Positions 1-7,608 of a stretch of DNA of 16,409 nucleotides are shown piece after piece (positions within the stretch are counted from its first letter, which is position 1; each line of letters opens with the position of its first letter). The notes below the pieces were generated by a model. The model saw nothing but the letters and a program-made list of their open reading frames with translations, searched no databases and was not told the origin of the DNA. This DNA comes from Candidatus Caldarchaeales archaeon. GTDB lineage: Archaea; Thermoproteota; Nitrososphaeria_A; Caldarchaeales; Wolframiiraptoraceae. The stretch covers positions 1 through 16,409 of the forward strand of contig JBCNVN010000030.1 in NCBI GenBank assembly GCA_039630055.1, given 5' to 3'. A program made the translations under genes and the position numbers.

Positions 1-1
1 G

Positions 2-340
2 GGTGTAATAGTCTATGATCAAGAAGGAAGAGAGATCTCTAGATATTCAGAGTACGTAGGTTTAAGGACTAATAATGAGGCAGAGTATCTAGCCTTGATA
101 AAGTCTCTTGAGATAGCTAAAAGTCTAGGCATAGTTGAGGTCGAGCTATACTCTGATAGCGAGCTTCTAGTCAAGCAGATAAATGGAGAGTATAGAGTTA
201 GAGATGAGAAGATCTTGAAGCTTTACACTATTGCTCAAGACCTAATGAAGAGGCTTAAGGTTAAATTAACACATATAAACAGAGAAGAGAATAGAGAGGC
301 AGATAGGTTAGCTAACAAGATAATAGAAGAACATGTGTAA
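2..340 (+). CDS. rnhA: Ribonuclease HI family protein (5' end outside the window)
   Basis: The frame is open from base 2 (GVIVYDQEGREISRYSEYVGLRTNNEAEYLAL...). It carries the RNase HI motifs TNNEAEY, YSDSELLVKQ and REENREADRLAN. Confidence 0.9.
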   Translation, partial: GVIVYDQEGREISRYSEYVGLRTNNEAEYLALIKSLEIAKSLGIVEVELYSDSELLVKQINGEYRVRDEKILKLYTIAQDLMKRLKVKLTHINREENREADRLANKIIEEHV

Positions 341-416
341 GGCACCAGTAAGTGAGGCTAGGAGATTATTTTGATAAAAGATAAAAGTTATTAAGAAAAG
401 AAAGTATTGAAAAGAA

Positions 417-1598
417 TTGGAAGACCTATCTATGAGTAAATCTTCACGTAGACCTATATTGATGATCCCAGGACCTACAGAGGTCTCTGCCGAAGTTCTA
501 GCCTCTGTCTCTATGCCTGTCTATCCACATTATGGAAGAGAGTGGGGAGAAATATATGAAGAGACTATAAAGCTTGCTGCAGAGATCTTCAATACGAGTG
601 GAGAGGTAATTATCTTTCCTGGACCTGGTTCTGCAGCCTTAGAGATGGGTATAGCTAATCTAATCGCACCAGGTGAGAAGATTATCGTGATATCTAATGG
701 ATTCTTTGGAGAGAGGATAGAGGAGATCTCAAGACATCTAGGTTGTAGAGTAATATCACTCAAAGCAGATTACGGGAGATCTCTAGAACCTAGAAGACTA
801 GAAGAAGCATTAAAGATTCATGAAGATGTAAAAGGCTTGGCCGTAGTCCATAATGAGACCTCTACAGGTGTAAAGAACCCTATCAAAGAATATGGGAGGA
901 TAGCTAAAGAACATAATCTATTTTATATAGTTGATGCTATATCATCTTATGGAGCGATCGAGCTTCGAGTAGATGATTGGGGTATAGATTTCTGTGTAGG
1001 TTATGCAGGGAAAGCTCTCTCTTCTGTCCCAGGGATCGCTCCAACCTCTATAGGACATGAAGTCATGAGTTTTGTCGAGAATAGACCGTGGAATCCCTCT
1101 TCATGGTTTCTAGACTTGAAGGTTTGGAAAACCTACATAGAAGATTGGAGATCGATCGGTCATCCATATCCTTCAACAGTCCCAACCCATAGTATCGTCG
1201 GATTGAGAGAAGCATTAAAGATAGCTCTAGATGAAGGTTTAGAGAAGAGGTATAGAAGGCATGAAAAGATGGCTTTTGGATTTAGGAAAGCTATTAGGGC
1301 GATGGGTCTAGAAGTGGTTGCATCTGAAGAATTTGCTTCACCTACGGTTACAGCTGTAAAGTGTCCAGAAGAAATATGTAGTAAGATAATTAAAGAAGTC
1401 TTGGAGAGATTCAATATCATGGTCTCCGGTGGGATTGGAGAACTTAAAGGAAGAGCTTTCAGAGTAGGGCATATGGGGTTAACCGCTACACCACAATATC
1501 TCATCTATACCATATCGGCATTGATGCAAGTACTCAAAAATCTAGGATTAGAAATTGATGAAGGCAAAGTCTTAGCTGAATTCTATTCATCGATCTAG
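417..1598 (+). CDS. Class V PLP aminotransferase (alanine-glyoxylate/serine-pyruvate type)
   Basis: Motifs MIPGP, VHNETSTGV, VDAISS, PLP lysine in AGKALSS, and FRVGHMG. The start is TTG 417 or ATG 432. Confidence 0.9.
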   Translation: MEDLSMSKSSRRPILMIPGPTEVSAEVLASVSMPVYPHYGREWGEIYEETIKLAAEIFNTSGEVIIFPGPGSAALEMGIANLIAPGEKIIVISNGFFGERIEEISRHLGCRVISLKADYGRSLEPRRLEEALKIHEDVKGLAVVHNETSTGVKNPIKEYGRIAKEHNLFYIVDAISSYGAIELRVDDWGIDFCVGYAGKALSSVPGIAPTSIGHEVMSFVENRPWNPSSWFLDLKVWKTYIEDWRSIGHPYPSTVPTHSIVGLREALKIALDEGLEKRYRRHEKMAFGFRKAIRAMGLEVVASEEFASPTVTAVKCPEEICSKIIKEVLERFNIMVSGGIGELKGRAFRVGHMGLTATPQYLIYTISALMQVLKNLGLEIDEGKVLAEFYSSI

Positions 1599-1662
1599 GA
1601 GTTCATGGTTTACAATTTCAAGAATAAGGTTTATGTAAAAGGATTTTAGAATATTAGCAGAT

Positions 1663-2310
1663 ATGCAGTTAATAGGGAAAGAAGATAGAGAGTTCTTAGA
1701 AAAGAAATTTGAGAAAGAACTAGAAAAAGATGTCAGGATAATACTCCTCACTAGGAAGGATGACTGTGAGTATTGTGAGACTGCGAGACAGTTAGTGGAG
1801 GAAGTTTCATCTACATCTAATAAACTTAACCCAGAGATCTATGATGTGGATAGGGATAGAGAGATAGCTTCTAGATGGCGTATAGACAAGACTCCAGCTA
1901 TACTTTTATTCGGTGAGAAAGAGTATGGTGTCAGATTCTTCGGACTACCCTCTGGATATGAATTCACCACTTTAATAGAAGATATAATAGATGTATCTAG
2001 GGGAACTAGTAGACTTTCATCTAGAACCAAAGAGGTTCTTAAAAGTATAGATAAGCCTATCCATATACAGGTCTTTGTAACACCTTCATGTCCTTATTGT
2101 CCGAGAGTAGTGAGACTTGCCCATCAGTTCGCTATAGAGAACACCATGATAACTGGAGATATGATAGAATCGTTAGAATTTCAGGAATTGGCGGGACGTT
2201 ATAATGTACTAGCAGTTCCTAAGACGGTAATAAACGACCAAGTATTCTTTGAAGGAGCTGTACCTGAACCTTTATTCCTTCAACAAGTCTTAAGAGTTTT
2301 AAGGCTCTAG
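1663..2310 (+). CDS. Archaeal protein disulfide oxidoreductase (PDO, two thioredoxin folds)
   Basis: Two CXXC motifs (CEYC, CPYC), FFGLPSGYEF and VLAVPK; 215 aa. Confidence 0.92.
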   Translation: MQLIGKEDREFLEKKFEKELEKDVRIILLTRKDDCEYCETARQLVEEVSSTSNKLNPEIYDVDRDREIASRWRIDKTPAILLFGEKEYGVRFFGLPSGYEFTTLIEDIIDVSRGTSRLSSRTKEVLKSIDKPIHIQVFVTPSCPYCPRVVRLAHQFAIENTMITGDMIESLEFQELAGRYNVLAVPKTVINDQVFFEGAVPEPLFLQQVLRVLRL

Positions 2311-2328
2311 AACGCTATCTATAGAATT

Positions 2329-2889
2329 CTACCTCTCAACATCTAGGGTAGCGATCTTTTCTATTATCAATAGCAATGCTGCTTCATAAAGATCTTTGGC
2401 CTGGATGAGTTGTAGTTCTTCTCTATCGATATTATAGAATTCTAATGCTCTAGTTATTCTCTCATGTTCATATAGATCTTCTCCGCTTAGCTCTATTCCA
2501 CCTATCCTTGAAGATAATATTCTTCCAACTTTATCTATCTCAACCTTGTCTCCAGCTATAATACACACTCCAACTTCGTCAGTTTCTTCATCTACACCTA
2601 TCTTCTTTAAAGCCTTATCTATCTGAGTCTCAGAAGATATCCTGAGAAGTATTTCTATATTCAGATTTCTCGCTATATTCGATTTAGACTTGAATGCGGC
2701 CAGAGCAGAGATAGCTGCAATATGTATCTGCTTTAACGATACTATAGAATTAGCTTTGAATATATTCACTAAAACTTGATCACTACTTAGCTCGCTAACT
2801 AATCTAGCAGGGTCTCTTAGAAGATTCTTCATGGGAGACCGATACACAGCTGCTCCTATCCATTTATCATGATACTTTGTTATCTCCAA
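2329..2889 (-). CDS. cgi121: KEOPS complex subunit Cgi121
   Basis: Signature NIARNLNIEILLRISSETQIDKALKKIG and C-terminal IIEKIA. GGAGG lies just upstream of the TTG start, inside the end of the SAMP gene. Confidence 0.88.
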   Translation of the reverse strand: MEITKYHDKWIGAAVYRSPMKNLLRDPARLVSELSSDQVLVNIFKANSIVSLKQIHIAAISALAAFKSKSNIARNLNIEILLRISSETQIDKALKKIGVDEETDEVGVCIIAGDKVEIDKVGRILSSRIGGIELSGEDLYEHERITRALEFYNIDREELQLIQAKDLYEAALLLIIEKIATLDVER

Positions 2890-2892
2890 GAG

Positions 2893-3159
2893 TCATCCTC
2901 CATGTATTATCGGTATTAGAACCACTCTATCTCCATCTTCAACATATACATTTTCTATTCCTTGACTCTTTACATCGACGTTGTTAACTAATATCATTAT
3001 ACTTGGAGAAATTTTATATTCTGAAGTGAAGATTCTGTTTTTGACCGGTTCAGGTAGTTTACCTAATACTTCAATAAGTTTTGTTCTCCCACTTACTTTT
3101 ATCTCAAGTTCATGGGCATTCATTATTCTTCTCATCGGTCCAGTCAACTCAACTTTCAA
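2893..3159 (-). CDS. MoaD/ThiS/SAMP ubiquitin-like sulfur carrier
   Basis: 88 aa beta-grasp protein with ILVN, EDGDRVVLIP and C-terminal HGG. SD-like GGTGA at 3167-3171 (minus strand) precedes the TTG start. Confidence 0.9.
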   Translation of the reverse strand: MKVELTGPMRRIMNAHELEIKVSGRTKLIEVLGKLPEPVKNRIFTSEYKISPSIMILVNNVDVKSQGIENVYVEDGDRVVLIPIIHGG

Positions 3160-3181
3160 AGACTGTTCACCGCTATGTTCG

Positions 3182-3250
3182 CACCCTCAACTCAGTGAGG
3201 TGCATGCTCTTCATTCTTCCGGGCAGGTCATCTTCATCATCTTGAGGGCG
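3182..3250 (-). ncRNA. Box C/D 2'-O-methylation guide sRNA with two guides to 16S rRNA
   Basis: Minus strand: box C AUGAUGA (3240-3234), 12-nt guide, D' CGGA (3221-3218), C' AUGAAGA (3214-3208), 12-nt guide, box D CUGA (3195-3192). Terminal stem CCCUCAA/UUGAGGG. The element is GC-rich within an AT-rich intergenic region. Confidence 0.88.
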
Positions 3251-3363
3251 TATAGATAATTATTATCCCAGTATTTTAAGATGTAGAAAAAACTTGACCA
3301 ATTGTTTTCTAACATTCACTTTTATATGGATAATCATTTTATCCATCCATTCCATATTTATTA

Positions 3364-3888
3364 ATGATGGAGAAGCGTAATCTGAACACTTCAAAAAAGA
3401 TCTCCATAATAGCACTATTCTCGATAATAGTATTCGTTTCCAAGATTTTCCTCCCTTCACCTATAGACAAGATGATGATCCTTTTTCAAGCTCTCTTCTA
3501 TACTTTGGCAAATCTTTTGATAGGAGGATTTGGTGCTACGGCTACTGGAGCTGTATCTGGATTAATAATCCAGCTATGGAGACCCGGTTTCGCACCATTT
3601 TCCTTCCTCTTCGCATTTGCTTATGGATTTATGATCGACATTTTTATTTATTTATTTAAGGTAAAATCTTCTAGAATATTCAATAAATGGAGGCTGATGC
3701 TCGCATTATCTTTAGCTTCAATCATAGTTGGTTCTTTATCTACGTATGTCACGATCACGATAGGCATGATGCCCCCAGCATACCAGATATACATGATTAT
3801 ACTTGTTGCTGGAGTATTTAATGGAACGTTAGCTGGATACTTAGCCACTCTAATCTGGGATAAATATCTTCTTAAGAGAATACGGTAG
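3364..3888 (+). CDS. Multi-pass membrane protein, ECF S-component-like
   Basis: 174 aa with about 5-6 hydrophobic segments and a GATATGAVSG small-residue helix. Size and topology fit an S component; the substrate is unknown. Confidence 0.6.
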   Translation: MMEKRNLNTSKKISIIALFSIIVFVSKIFLPSPIDKMMILFQALFYTLANLLIGGFGATATGAVSGLIIQLWRPGFAPFSFLFAFAYGFMIDIFIYLFKVKSSRIFNKWRLMLALSLASIIVGSLSTYVTITIGMMPPAYQIYMIILVAGVFNGTLAGYLATLIWDKYLLKRIR

Positions 3889-3989
3889 GCATTCTCTTAA
3901 TTTATCATTAAAAATCTATAATAAGAAGATTTTAAAGAATTAGTAATTTTCACGGATTGAGGACTATTATAGCATAATGTTGGATTGTT

Positions 3990-5171
3990 CTAGGCTAAGG
4001 ATTTATATTCTTGCTTCTCCCTTATCTGGTTTAAAATTCTTCTTAAAGCTTCTATTACTAGGTCTATGTCCTGATATGTTATTAGATATGGAGGTAGAAA
4101 TCTCACCACAAGTCTTCCAGCTTTTAGCGATATTATCCCATTATCTTGAAGTAGCTTGATGATCATTGTTGGATCAAATCTGGTCTCTACACCGATCATT
4201 AAACCTCTACCCTTAACTTCTCTGATAACATCTCTAAACTCATCTCTAACCTCTCCAAGCCTATCTTTGAAGATGGATCCTTTCTCAGCAGCCTTCTCAG
4301 CAACATTATCTTCTAGAAGAATATCTATAGCAGCAGACAATGCTGCTAATCCTAGAGGGTTTCCACCGAAAGTTGACCCATGATCTCCTTCAGCTAACTT
4401 CTCTCCAAGCTCTTTGTTAACTGCTGTTAAACTAATTGGGAATCCTCCGCCTATCGCTTTTCCAGCAACGAGTATGTCTGGCTCTATCCCTGCATACTGG
4501 TACGCCCATATATATCCCGTTCTACCAAATCCGGTCTGGACTTCATCTATGATCATCTGAGCCCCAGTCTTATCACAGGATTCTCTAATAGTTTTTAAGA
4601 ATTCTATGGATGCTTCATTCAATCCTCCTTCTCCCTGAATTATCTCTACGATTACGCCTGCTGTCTCTCCATCGATCCCCTTCTCAGCTTCTTCAATTTT
4701 ATTGTATGGTAGGAATTTTACATCCCATGGAAATGGATCGTATCCTTCTCTATATCTTGGGTTCCATGTAACTGATAGAGCTCCCATGGTTCTTCCGTGA
4801 AATGCATTGATGAATGAGATGAATTTCTTCCGTCCAGTAAGTTTCCTAGTAACCTTAAGTGATAGCTCTACCGCTTCTCCTCCACCATTCAGAAAGTATA
4901 CATACTCTAATCTTCTTGGGAGAATCCTACTCAGCTTTTCCAGCGCTCTCTCTTTTATATCTGTATCAAATGCTGGATAAACTCCATAGATTGTATCGAG
5001 CTGTTCTTTTATAGCGTTTAATATCTTAGGGTTTCTATGTCCTAAAAATACTGATCCATACTGTGCATGACAATCTAGATACCTTTTTCCATTAATATCC
5101 CAGACGTACTGATTTTCAGCTCTAGAGAGCTTTAATCCACGAGGACTATAAAAATGGATTAATCTTACCAG
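3990..5171 (-). CDS. lysJ: Class III aminotransferase, [LysW]-aminoadipate semialdehyde/acetylornithine transaminase (LysJ/ArgD)
   Basis: Manual translation shows the frame open from 5198 to 3990: (L/M)VRLIHFYSPRGLKLSRAENQYVWD...YLDC...LGHRNP...NGGGEAVE...FHGRTMG...DEVQTG...GKAIGGG...HGSTFGGNP. The ORF-track start at 4787 is internal. The likely start is CTG 5171. Confidence 0.85.
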   Translation of the reverse strand: MVRLIHFYSPRGLKLSRAENQYVWDINGKRYLDCHAQYGSVFLGHRNPKILNAIKEQLDTIYGVYPAFDTDIKERALEKLSRILPRRLEYVYFLNGGGEAVELSLKVTRKLTGRKKFISFINAFHGRTMGALSVTWNPRYREGYDPFPWDVKFLPYNKIEEAEKGIDGETAGVIVEIIQGEGGLNEASIEFLKTIRESCDKTGAQMIIDEVQTGFGRTGYIWAYQYAGIEPDILVAGKAIGGGFPISLTAVNKELGEKLAEGDHGSTFGGNPLGLAALSAAIDILLEDNVAEKAAEKGSIFKDRLGEVRDEFRDVIREVKGRGLMIGVETRFDPTMIIKLLQDNGIISLKAGRLVVRFLPPYLITYQDIDLVIEALRRILNQIREKQEYKSLA

Positions 5172-5207
5172 AGGCCCACCCCCACCATACGAATTACGTT
5201 AAAGTAT

Positions 5208-5215
5208 CTTAAAAA
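5208..5215 (-). promoter_or_regulatory. Putative TATA box for lysJ
   Basis: TTTTTAAG on the minus strand, about 20 nt upstream of ATG 5188 and 36 nt upstream of CTG 5171. Confidence 0.45.
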
Positions 5216-5261
5216 CTATCGCCTTTGATTACGGGTATCAATAAAAAATATAAATCCCGGG

Positions 5262-5873
5262 TCATAAGTTGAGGTCTCCAACCTCTCTATACCATGGCTT
5301 AGATGTACCTATCTTAGAACGTTTAAGCCAGTTTTTCGTCTTCTCAGAGCCTTCGATAAAATTCCTCATCTTATCGATGTTCAAGAGAACCTTCATAGAC
5401 TGATCAACGGTGATAAGATTCTCATCTCTAAATTTATTCGTAAAATATTCTACTTTCCTTAAGTTTTCCAGTGCATCATACCAGAACCCCCAATCATCAG
5501 AGAGTATGCTCCCTATGTATCTTCCATCTATAACTTCTTTCTCTGTAGTATCGCCAACATCATGCACCATTAAGATCGCTATCATATCGATTATATCCTT
5601 CTTATTTATTTGATGGATTTGAAGCTTCTCTAACATCAAGTCCGTCAAGCTTATCGTTGGATAATCTATCTCAAGCCTTCCTTTTCTAGGCTCACTCCCA
5701 AAAAATATATCATGGCTGAACTCTAACTTATCAAAGAAGAAGTCTACCTTGATCTCATCTCTAGTGAATATCATTCTTTTATGTCCAAATAATGCTGTAA
5801 CCATCTTGTTATCATAGAAGTTCAATTCTCTCATAAGATTTACTAAGTATCTCTTCTCTAACGTTATTGGGAT
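5262..5873 (-). pseudogene. 5'-truncated conserved hypothetical protein, nucleotidyltransferase-like
   Basis: The C-terminal ~190 aa (KVDFFFDKLEFSH, TDLMLEKLQI..INKKD..D, DDWGFW, K..W..R..G...WY) resemble a family I recall having an N-terminal G..A/DID motif, which is absent here. The frame closes at TAA 5876-5874 and overlaps the divergent fragment. Confidence 0.6.
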
Positions 5874-6580
5874 TTAAAGAGTTCTTCTCAGCATATGAAT
5901 ACGTTATGAGTGCGGCCCCTGAAAAAGTCGTGATCAACCCTGTCCAGACACCGACCTGGGCAGTATTCATAGCTTCACTCTTTGGAGGTTGGGCACCGGT
6001 ACTCGCTCTCATCGTAACCCTCGCTGTACCTTTATGGGTGATGAACGGCATACCAGTATACATGATGGTTCCATCAAGGATAGCCTTCGCACTATCTTTT
6101 GATAGATTCTTCCCAGAGAGGCTTGCAGAGGTCAATATCAGGTTTAGGACACCCCACTGGTCTATAATGTTAGTAGTAATCGGAGCTATACTGATGATCT
6201 TTGTCCTGGCTTTACCTGAATATGGTCCACTATTCTATGCAATAACAACTGTTACGGCCGTTGCTGTCAGATGGTTCCTATCATCTGTAGCGACGACGAT
6301 CTTGCCCTTTAGAAGACCTGAGATATACAAGGAGGGATACACAAAGACTATTGGACCGGTTCCAGTTGTTACAATCGTTGGAGGAGCAGCGATAGTAGCA
6401 ACTCTCATACTCTTGATACTAGGTCTACAGCAGGTAGCTGCAGATGTAACACTGGTCTCACCATTCTGGATGCTAGGCTGGACTCTCCTAGCCATATTAC
6501 TATACCTATACTATAACTGGGCGAATAAGAAAAAGGGTATAAAGACGGAAAAGATCTTCGCTGAGATCCCACCAGCATAA
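5867..6580 (+). pseudogene. C-terminal half of an APC-family amino acid permease
   Basis: Motifs SRIAFALSFDRFFP..LA.V...FRTP and terminal FAEIPP. It has 237 aa where about 500 is expected. An in-frame TAA lies at 5834-5836 and there is no room for a promoter. Confidence 0.8.
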
Positions 6581-6653
6581 CCGATTAAGTGAAAAATATT
6601 TTATAAATCCCTTCTTTTTATATTTTGACCAGCTTACTTGAGATGGATGGGGG

Positions 6654-7604
6654 ATGTCATCCTTCAAGATATTCTTCATGGCCGACATACATAATAGCGA
6701 GCTTGTATTCAGAAAGTTTCTCTCCATCCCAAAACATTACAATGTAGATGTTATGATACTTTCAGGAGATTTGACTGGGAAGACGATTGTCCCAATAATA
6801 GACCTAGGAGGAGGAAGCTATCAATATACTTTTAGAGGAAAAACAAGCATAATTAGAAGTGAGCAAGACTTAGAAGAAGTGAAGAATGAGTTGAAAAACT
6901 CTGGAGTATATCCATATGTTTGCAGTAAAGGAGAATTAGAAGAGCTCAAGAATGATCCTGGGAAGGTTGATAGATTGTTCTTAAAGTTGATAACTGAGAA
7001 TATTCAGAGATGGACCATTATGATAGAAGAGTACATCGATAGGGATAAGCAAGTTATCACTATGCCTGGAAATGACGATATATTCGATATAGATCCAGTA
7101 TTGAAAAGATGTAAGAGAGAGCTCTATCCTTTAGGTAGACTGGTAGAGCTGCCCCTAGGCTATGGCATGATCTCTCTCGAATACGTGAATCCTACTCCAT
7201 GGAATACACCTAGAGAGGCGGATGAGAAGAATCTATGGAAGATGTTAGAGAAGAATGTAGAATTGGTTGATAGAGATTGGAGCAAGATGATATGCTGCTT
7301 CCATTCACCACCCTATAATACAATCATAGATATTGCACCCAAACTAGATAAAAATCTTAGACCTGTATATAATCTGGGAGAGATCGTTAAAGAGAGTGTT
7401 GGAAGCAAGTCTGTAAGAAAGTTTTTCGAGAAATATAATCCATTGGTGGGACTTCATGGACACATACATGAATCGCCAGGATATGATAAGGTAGGAAGAA
7501 CAATTGTATTCAATCCAGGATCAGAATATTCTTCAGGAATACTGAAAGGAATCATACTTGAGATAGATAATGATGGTTTAAGAAACTGGTTTAGAATAGG
7601 TTGA
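6654..7604 (+). CDS. Calcineurin-like (Icc-related) metallophosphoesterase
   Basis: Motifs DIH, GDLTG, PGNDD, HSPP, HGHIHE and NPGS. Confidence 0.9.
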   Translation: MSSFKIFFMADIHNSELVFRKFLSIPKHYNVDVMILSGDLTGKTIVPIIDLGGGSYQYTFRGKTSIIRSEQDLEEVKNELKNSGVYPYVCSKGELEELKNDPGKVDRLFLKLITENIQRWTIMIEEYIDRDKQVITMPGNDDIFDIDPVLKRCKRELYPLGRLVELPLGYGMISLEYVNPTPWNTPREADEKNLWKMLEKNVELVDRDWSKMICCFHSPPYNTIIDIAPKLDKNLRPVYNLGEIVKESVGSKSVRKFFEKYNPLVGLHGHIHESPGYDKVGRTIVFNPGSEYSSGILKGIILEIDNDGLRNWFRIG

Positions 7605-7608
7605 TAGA

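Noticed and set aside
530-2030. Antisense ORFs 530-763, 1160-1504 and 1839-2030
   Set aside because: They are shadow frames opposite well-supported genes and have no motifs.
2981-3460. ORFs 2981-3259 (+) and 3263-3460 (-)
   Set aside because: They overlap SAMP, the C/D sRNA and the membrane gene, and have no protein features.
3648-6727. Short ORFs 3648-3848, 3977-4159, 4156-4383, 5410-5613, 5812-6135, 6235-6495 and 6506-6727
   Set aside because: They are antisense shadows of the membrane protein, lysJ, NTase-like, permease and phosphoesterase genes.
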